In this document: positions 56,361 through 64,000 of the stretch, one piece after another
How the letters are laid out: each line of letters starts with the position of its first letter
How positions within the stretch are numbered: position 1 is the first letter of the stretch
Assembly (NCBI RefSeq): GCF_009914755.1
Contig: NC_060930.1
Reading direction: 5' to 3' (one strand)
From: the human T2T-CHM13v2.0 reference genome, Homo sapiens
DNA length: 64,000 nucleotides
Made by a program: the position numbers and the translations under genes
Notes under the pieces: model-generated
The model's input: the letters and a program-made list of their open reading frames with translations, nothing else
Databases searched by the model: none
What the model was told of the DNA's origin: nothing

Positions 56361-57842
56361 CGGTCTAGACCCCAAAGCTTGGTTCAGAATAAGGTGGATG
56401 GCAGACTCGGCAGCTGGCTGCAGAGACGGCTGTGGATTCTCCCCCTCAAAGACAGAATCCATCTCAGAATGAGTGGGCAGAAGCCACATATGGCTTTAGA
56501 GAGTGCCGATCTTGGCCCTCCAGAGGTTCCTTCCACAGTCCCTACTCCAGCCCCAGCACAGACTCAGCCACTGCCTAAACCCGAGTGCCCCAAGAGTCTT
56601 GTTTGGGGTTTCTGCCTGTTTGCCATCCTTGTGGATTCCAAAGGCTACTTTGAAAGGGCTGAGGAGCGAGTGGGGCCTCCAACCACTGGCCAACAGCGCC
56701 AGCTGCCTGCTTGCCTGTCCTGGTGTTAAGCCTTGGGCCTGGAGCGCTCAGGCCTCTCCCCTTCATAACCACCTCCCTGAGGAGGACAGGAGTGAGGGAG
56801 GATGACTAGGCTTATTTTAAGCTTGTAATTGAAGGTTGCTCTTTAGCAACAAAAGAGTCCCCTCCAATTCTAGACTGCCAGAGTCAGTGTCCTAAATAAG
56901 AAACAAGCGGTCACTCCTTTCCCGTTTTACTGTTAGGGGAAGGAAGCCACAGCCCAGTGGGGAAGTGACATCCCTGGCCCTTGCCGTTCACCACTTCAAG
57001 TCTTGCCCAGCTGTCAGGGCAGGAATTCATGTCCCCACGGTGGCATCTGCTTCCCAGGCTGTGGGGCCAGCAAGGGGCTCAGCTGCTCCCCAGCCCTGCC
57101 TTCCTCCATGGATCTGACATGACTCTTTTATGGGAATTTACGTAAAAGTAACGCCTTGCTCAGTGTGGAAAATTTAGGAGCTTCAGGAAAATATAAAGAA
57201 AATTAAGGAAGTCATCTCGCTTCTCAAATACCGTGTTAATTTGGTGAGTGTTGCTCTTTTCATTGGGCCTCACTTTTCCCTTCCTCATTCTCAGATGTGT
57301 TTGTACAGGACTTTGCACACTGCAGTGTTTTCCTGTGGTTTTTGTTTCTTTTCTTCACCCAAGTCCAGTGAGCTGTGAAGGAAAAAAAATCCTTATTCCT
57401 TCAGAGCAGGGACGAGCATTGAAATGATTTGCCCAGGTCAGCTGGCTATTGAGTGCTTTTGTTGGGATGAAATTCTCCACCAGAAAAATCCTAAAACAGA
57501 AGTCCCCAAGAATGGGTGGTGTGTGTCGTCCACTGAAAAGGGAGTTACTGAAAACTAGGAATGCGTGGCCTCTAGGAAACATGGCACTGTTGTGATTTGG
57601 CACATAGATATTTGGCATACATATTCCCAGGGTCACTGAGTAAATTCCCAACTGTTCCAGTTCTCTTTTGCTGCATGACGAAGAACACCAAAACTTTGGG
57701 TCAGGATTCGGTGGGTTGGGCAGGGCTCTGCAGGGATGGCTCATCTGTCCTCCATGAGGCATCAGCTAGGGCAGAGCCTCCAAGACCATTTTTTCTCGCT
57801 CATATCAGGTGCCTCTGTGTGTACAACCCACCCACTCACCTA

Positions 57843-58185
<343 letters not shown>

Positions 58186-58721
58186 AAAAATTGCATTTCA
58201 GATCTACTAATTCAGGATCTCAGGAGGGAGGACCCAGCCATATACATTTTTAGCAAATTCCTAGAGAATTTGCTAAAGCCCAGAAAAGTTTGCAAACCAG
58301 GGCTCTGTTAAAGACTGTTCCAGATTCCTGCCCCTCAGTTGTACCTCTAGTTGCCCCTCAAGCTAACACCAAGGCAAATTGTTTGCAATGGAGCCATTGT
58401 TTGGTCTGGGGTAACTCTCTGATATCTAGGATATGTACTGGAAACTTCCTTCAAGCCTCCTGCCTGGCCTCTTTCCCTGCTTTTGCAGCCACTCCTCTAC
58501 ATACATTGGCACAGGTGCTCCCACCCAACTTTACCACCTACCCCCCAAAAGGGAACTTCTAAGAACCTGTGGCTGGGCTCGACCTTGGCACTGAGTCTAG
58601 GAGCAGTTGCCTCCACCTGGCTTACCTCCCTGAAGCTTTGGGTCCCTGGTCTCCTGATACGCACTTGTCAGGGCTGGCTCATAATGCTGGGATCCATATG
58701 GATAAATGAAAATGTGGGGCC

Positions 58722-59316
58722 CCACTCTGTCGCCTGGGCTGGAGTGCAATGGCACAATCTCAGCTCACTGCAAACTCCACCTCCTGGGTTCAAGCAGTTC
58801 TCGTGCTTCAGCCTCCTGAGTAGCTGGGACTGTAGGCATATGCCACCACAATTGGCTAATTTTTTTTGTATTTTTAGTAGAGACAAGGTTTTACCATGTT
58901 GCCCAGGCTGGTCTCGAACTTCTGGCTGCCTCAAGTGATCTGCCCTCTTGGTCTCCCAAAGTGCTGAGATTACAGACATGAGCCACTGTGCCCATCTTGT
59001 GTTTGTTTTTGTTTTGTTTTGTTTTTTGTTTTTTAAGAGACACGGTCTCACTCTGTCGCCCAGGGTGGAGTGTAGCGACGCAATCTGAGCTCACTGCAGC
59101 CTCAATCTCTCAGGCTCAAGTGATCCTCCTGCCTCAGCTTCTCGAGTAGCTAGGACCAAGGTGCACACCACCACACCCGGCTAATTTTTTTGTATGTTTT
59201 GTAGGATGGGGTTTCGCCATGTTGCCCAGGCTGGTCTCAAATTCCTGGGCTCAAGCAATCCTCCCACCGCGGCCTTCCAAGTGTTGGGATTACAGCGTGA
59301 GCCACTGTGCCCGGCC
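58722..59316 (-). mobile_element. Two antisense Alus (AluS ~58722-58995; AluJ ~59000-59316)
   Basis: Alu sequences; (TTTTG)n tail on the second. Confidence 0.88.
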
Positions 59317-61368
59317 AATGGGCTCTCCAAGGCCACATTACCTTAGACATTGGGATACTTACATGCAGGTGTCCACAGGTGCCTGAGATCTCACATCCAC
59401 CCGACCCTCTCTGCCTCCACACCCAGGCCTCCACCAGGAGCCAAGGGGGCCGCAATCACTAGGCAAGGGCAGGGGGTTGAGTGGCCAAGAGCCCGTCCCA
59501 GGGAGGCAGGAGAGAGAGGGAGGCAGGACCACATAGGAGCCAGGGCTCCCGGCAGCCAGTGCACACTCCATTGTCCCATCAGAGTTCACTGACGAATCTC
59601 AGTTCAAAGATAGTATCGTAAAGAGTTTCAAGATGGGGCCCTGGGAGCATTGAACTCCAAGCACAGGCCCTCGCAGGGGTCCCACTGCAGGAAGCCGGCC
59701 CTGCTGCTGACCCTGCCCACCTCCCTCAGCTCCTTGGTCCTGTCGGGTCTCCCTGCTGACCCCATGGCACTGCTCCACGCTCCTGTCTGTGGGGCCCCCG
59801 TCTGTCCCCACCTAGAATTCTGTTTCCATACCAAGGCCTAACCAATGGCCCCTGACCCCGTTCAGTGTTTTGAACCAGCCACTCCTGTTTTTGGCGGCCC
59901 TGCCCTCCCATGAATCTCACGCCCACGGCTGCCCTCGGATCTGGACACAGTTGCACTTGTTATCTGGTATCAGCACTAGGGAGGCTCAGTCAAGCCAGCA
60001 CTAACGGTGGGTTTGGTGTCCTTGGGACTTCTCCACCCAGGGCCTGTGCCAAGGCTGGTCCTCAGTGCTTGGTCAAGAGTGGCTCTGGCGGCTCTGGGGT
60101 GGTGGCCTCTGCAGCTCAGTGCCCCTGCCACCCATGCTCACTGGATGGGGGCAACACCCTTCCTCCCAGTTCAGGGTGGATGGGCCCCAGAGCACCACCC
60201 AGCCAGCCAAGCCTCCTTGCCCCTGCCCTGCCCTCCGAATGGCCCAGATCATACCTGCTGCCTTTCTTTCCTAGCTCACTGCCTCCACCCAAGTCACCTT
60301 CTGTCCTGACTCCCAAGGACTTGGGTCCCACTGGGGAAGTCGGGAGGAAATGGGAAGCCTTCCTGACTGTGAGTGAGGGCAGGAGGGGAGGTGGGGTCAG
60401 AGAGGGCACCTGGAGGGTGGCAGGAGAGAGCAGGAGAGCGTGAGAGAGGTGGCAGAGGAGGGGGTGCGAGTAAGAAGAGAACACCATCATTGTTTACCAA
60501 ACCTGAATTACACCACACCAAGTTGTCCTGTTATTTATTTATTTACTCATTTATGTATTTTAGTGTGTTTAATTGAGGTTAAAAAAAGAAGCAAGAAAAG
60601 TGTTTGCAGATTGGCTTTATGGCGGTGAGCTTTGCAATGATCTCTGAAAAAGTCCGGGGAGTCCGGCAGGCAGATGAGAATCTAGGCTTGCTGGCGTATC
60701 CAGATGACTCGGAAGGAGGACCCCAGACGGGGAGGGGCAGTGCTGGGAGCAGGAGGCGTCCTGGTCAGGCTGTCCATCCATGTCTACCCAGCAAATATTT
60801 GCAGGCCCTGAGCTCAGCAGGGGAGGAAATCTCAGGCAAATGAGACACAGACTCTGCCCTCCAGCCGCTTCGGAGAAAACAGCCGAGAAGGACACTGTTA
60901 AATGGAGTGGCAAGCCCAGAGCATCAAGGGCATTTGGAGGTGGGGGGCACTGCTGCTTGGGGACATGTAGACAGAATTTATAGAACGAGGCCCCTGGAAG
61001 GATTTCTGCAGGTTGCAGCAGGGTGGAGGAGCGTCGCCGGCCCGGGGCCAGGAAGAAGCTCAGGGCACAGGGAAGCTGGCCACGGGGTGTCCCATCACAT
61101 CAGAGTGGTGTGGGCTACGGCTGGAAGGGGAGGCAGGCCACTGGCTGACACGCCGCACAGCAGACCGTGAATAGACGCATGAGCGAGTCAGGGAGTCAGG
61201 AGAGCTCTGAACACTTGAGTTCATTTCCTGCTGGAGGTGGGAGCCGTTGAAGGTTCTTGAGGGCATCCGTGAATGCACCGGAACTGTGGTCTAGAAACGT
61301 CCTAGCAACAGTGTGAGACGGGGAGCCAGCAGAGAAATCATCAAACAGTCTAGGCAGAAGGTAACGAG

Positions 61369-61923
61369 GGCCAGATGTGGTGGTGTGCACCTGTAATCCC
61401 AGCTACTTGGGAGGCTGAGGCAGGAGGATCACTTGACCTCAGGAGTTCGAGACCAACCTGGACAATGTAGCAAGGCCCTTTCAAAGAAAAAAAAAAAAGG
61501 AGTTGGGGAGAGAGAGAAAAGGTAATGAGGGTTTGAAGTGGGCTGGGGAGGAGAGGAGCACTGGAGAGATCGCATTTGGCAGTACTTGATTAACGAAGAT
61601 TGCAATGGGGGCGCACTCAAGCTTTCAACATTGTCACCGGAAATTGGGGGAGGTGGTGCCATGAAGGATGCCGGGGAAGCCAGGTGGAGAAGTCAGTTTG
61701 ATGGAACACAGAGATCATGGGTTCCTTCTTGTTGGAGGTGTCTATCAGAGGTCTTCAAGTGACAAAAATTCAACTCAGAGGCTGGGTGCATTGACTTATG
61801 CCTATAATCCCAACACTTTGGGAGGCAGAGACAGAGGCAGGACTTGAGTCCAGGAGTTCGAGACTACCCTGGGCAACAAAGTAAGACCCCCATCTCTACT
61901 ATAAATAAATAAATAAATAAATA
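61369..61923 (+). mobile_element. Two FLAM monomers (~61369-61498; ~61779-61923) in L2-like sequence
   Basis: Alu monomers with A or (TAAA)n tails. Confidence 0.8.
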
Positions 61924-62699
61924 ACTCAGATCAGCCTCTACAAAAATGAGAATGGGTTAGCCCACATTGACAAAAAGTCCAGAAAGTGACTTTAGTTAGA
62001 TGCACGTCCACCAAAGCTCATGTTCGAGCCCACCATGTCCCATCTCCTGGTTCTGCTTTCTTCCTCAGGGAGAGCACCTGCCAGGCAGCAGTGTCGCTCA
62101 GCTTATGCGCAGCCAGCTTGGGGACTACAGCAGCTCATCCTAACAAGAGACCAGAACTTCAGGCTGATCTGAGGCATGTGCCCACCTCTGGGTCACACGT
62201 CATTCTTGAAGCAGTGGGCAAGTCAAATATCCCCACCCCTCCTGCACAGAAAAGGGGAGGATCCCAAGAAGAGAATGTGGGGGCTGCCTCCAGGAGGAGA
62301 AGAAAGACTTGTGGGTCCACTGCAGACATCCAGGTGGAGATGTCTGGAGCCCAGGGGTCGGGTAAGAGCTACAGCCAGGTTGGGGTTATTGTGGGAGGAG
62401 CCGTAGGAGTGAATGAGATCAGGAAAGGTGGCCGGGGTAGACCTAGGACCTAGGGACCTAGGAAAGAGACAGACACGCTGGGGAAGAAGAGTCAGAGGAC
62501 AGAGGGTGAGACGCTTGAAAAGGAAGTGGGCGAGAACAGTGTTGCCTAAAAAGAGGGAGCCCAGTTCCCTGAAGGTGAGGGTGAAGACAGGCCATTGGGC
62601 TGAGACAATGGGCAAAGGGCAGGGTGTGGGCAGAGCTGGTTTGGGACCCAGAGCAGTGGAAGGGCAGAGCAGCCCTTGCCGAGACCAAGGGACAGCAGG

Positions 62700-63500
62700 G
62701 CTGAATGACCGCAATGCAGCACCCGCTTCGCTTTGCAAATAAAATGCGGACTGCGCGAGAAAGCCTGGCTTTTAGCGTCCATGCGTGTCCAGGAACAGCG
62801 ACCAGGGCAAGTGCTTGAGTGCGCCAGGCTGGGCGAGGCAGGGAGGGACTGAGGGCTGGGTCCGGGGGAGAGGAGTGGCCAGGGAGGAGGGGCGACCCAA
62901 AGGCCTCCGGTGATGCGCTGACAGAAGGTAAAAACAAGGAACAAAGCAAAACCACACACAGGACGGCAGCGCGGAGTCCGGGCCCTGCCCTCTGCAGCAG
63001 CGCAGCCCGGGGACTCTGGGGCTCTCCCTGCTGCCTGTGGAATTTCCAGGCCAGCGCATCTGATTGGCCTGGCCTGGGGCAGTGGGTGGGGATTTGGATG
63101 TTTCCAGAGAAGGGAAGATGGCGGTGAGACAGCCGCTCGGCAGCTCCAGAGGGGTCGATCCCGCGACAGGGGAAGGGGGCGTGGGCGTCACATGGCAGCG
63201 CTGAGACTTGAGTGCTGGAACAGCCCAGCGAGGAAGGTCCCAAAGACAGCTCTTTTCACCAAAGACAGGCCTTGCGTTTGCGGTGCGGGCTCCACCCGCA
63301 GTTCTGCTTCAGGTAGAAAAGGGATGAGGGTGCCGGGCCAGCTTGACCCGGTTTCCGCAGGGGCAGAAGCACTTCCTACCTTCGGCCTGCAGAGCCCCTC
63401 AAGCAACAGGGAACCACATTCTCCTGCCCTTGGAAAAAGTTGACCCGCTTCACAGTGAAGCCAGAGAGGCGAGGTGGGGGCGGCGGGGGGATTTGGATGG
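62700..63500. promoter_or_regulatory. CpG-rich promoter/enhancer-like element downstream of RREB1
   Basis: Retained CpGs; inverted CCAAT (TGATTGGC 63061), YY1-like AAGATGGCGG (63115), GC box GGGGCGTGGG (~63176), E-box GTCACATG (~63187). Confidence 0.5.
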
Positions 63501-64000
63501 GACTTCCAGACGCCTTTCTTCTTCCCAGTGCCTACCTAGGGATGGGGACGCTAGGACAGCTGAAGCTGGCACATATCTGATCACTGTTCCTCAAGCACCT
63601 CTTTGTCCATGCACCCTCCCTGCCCAACACCTCCAATGGCCTCTGAGGCTTGGAGAATGACATCCAAGCTCTGCTTCCCAAACAGGCCCAAGCCCACCCT
63701 CTGCCTCCCAACTCATCCGACCATGACCACCATCTGTCACCCTTTGCAGCCACGCCCTGTGGTGACCACGCCCACAGACGGCCCTGGTGACCTCGCCGAC
63801 AGATGGGCACGACCTTGAATGGCTCTGCTTTTGATAGTCACGCCCCTTGTAGCCATGTCCTGTGATGGCCACACCCACCAATGAGCATGCCCTCAGGTGA
63901 CCACTCTCAGACACCCTGGGATCCAGCTGCGCTCACACCCCCGGGGCATGCCTGGGCACACCTGTCCTCTCTTTGGCCCTCCCCTAAAAAGCCCTCCAAA

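Noticed and set aside
62458-63243. 261-aa minus-strand ORF and neighbouring 100-170-aa ORFs
   Set aside because: GC-rich and partly L2-like sequence depleted of stops; no protein-like features

Overview
Human genomic DNA (Alu-rich, including a human-specific AluYb8) containing the 3' two-thirds of RREB1 (Ras-responsive element-binding protein 1, a C2H2 zinc-finger transcription factor and Drosophila hindsight/pebbled orthologue) on the + strand. Seven coding exons splice into one continuous frame with GT-AG boundaries: 12426-12570, 13199-13335, 28093-28282, 30623-33533, 42065-42229, 48051-48848 and 50138-50595 (stop). They encode 13 complete C2H2 fingers and are followed by a ~3 kb 3'UTR ending near AATAAA at 53574. 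The first coding exons lie upstream of the window. Exon numbers 7-13 and residue numbers are from memory of the 1742-aa isoform. The rest is intronic or intergenic sequence with many Alu, MIR, L2 and hAT (MER3/5/33/53) relics, plus a CpG-rich promoter-like element at ~62.7-63.5 kb. The most unusual item is an ungapped 126-nt, 92%-identical intronic copy (34180-34305) of the exon-10 segment that encodes the SUMO and CtBP-binding motifs. Two of its substitutions improve or create candidate splice sites bounding an in-frame 21-nt micro-exon. I see no evidence for a wholly new multi-gene system.
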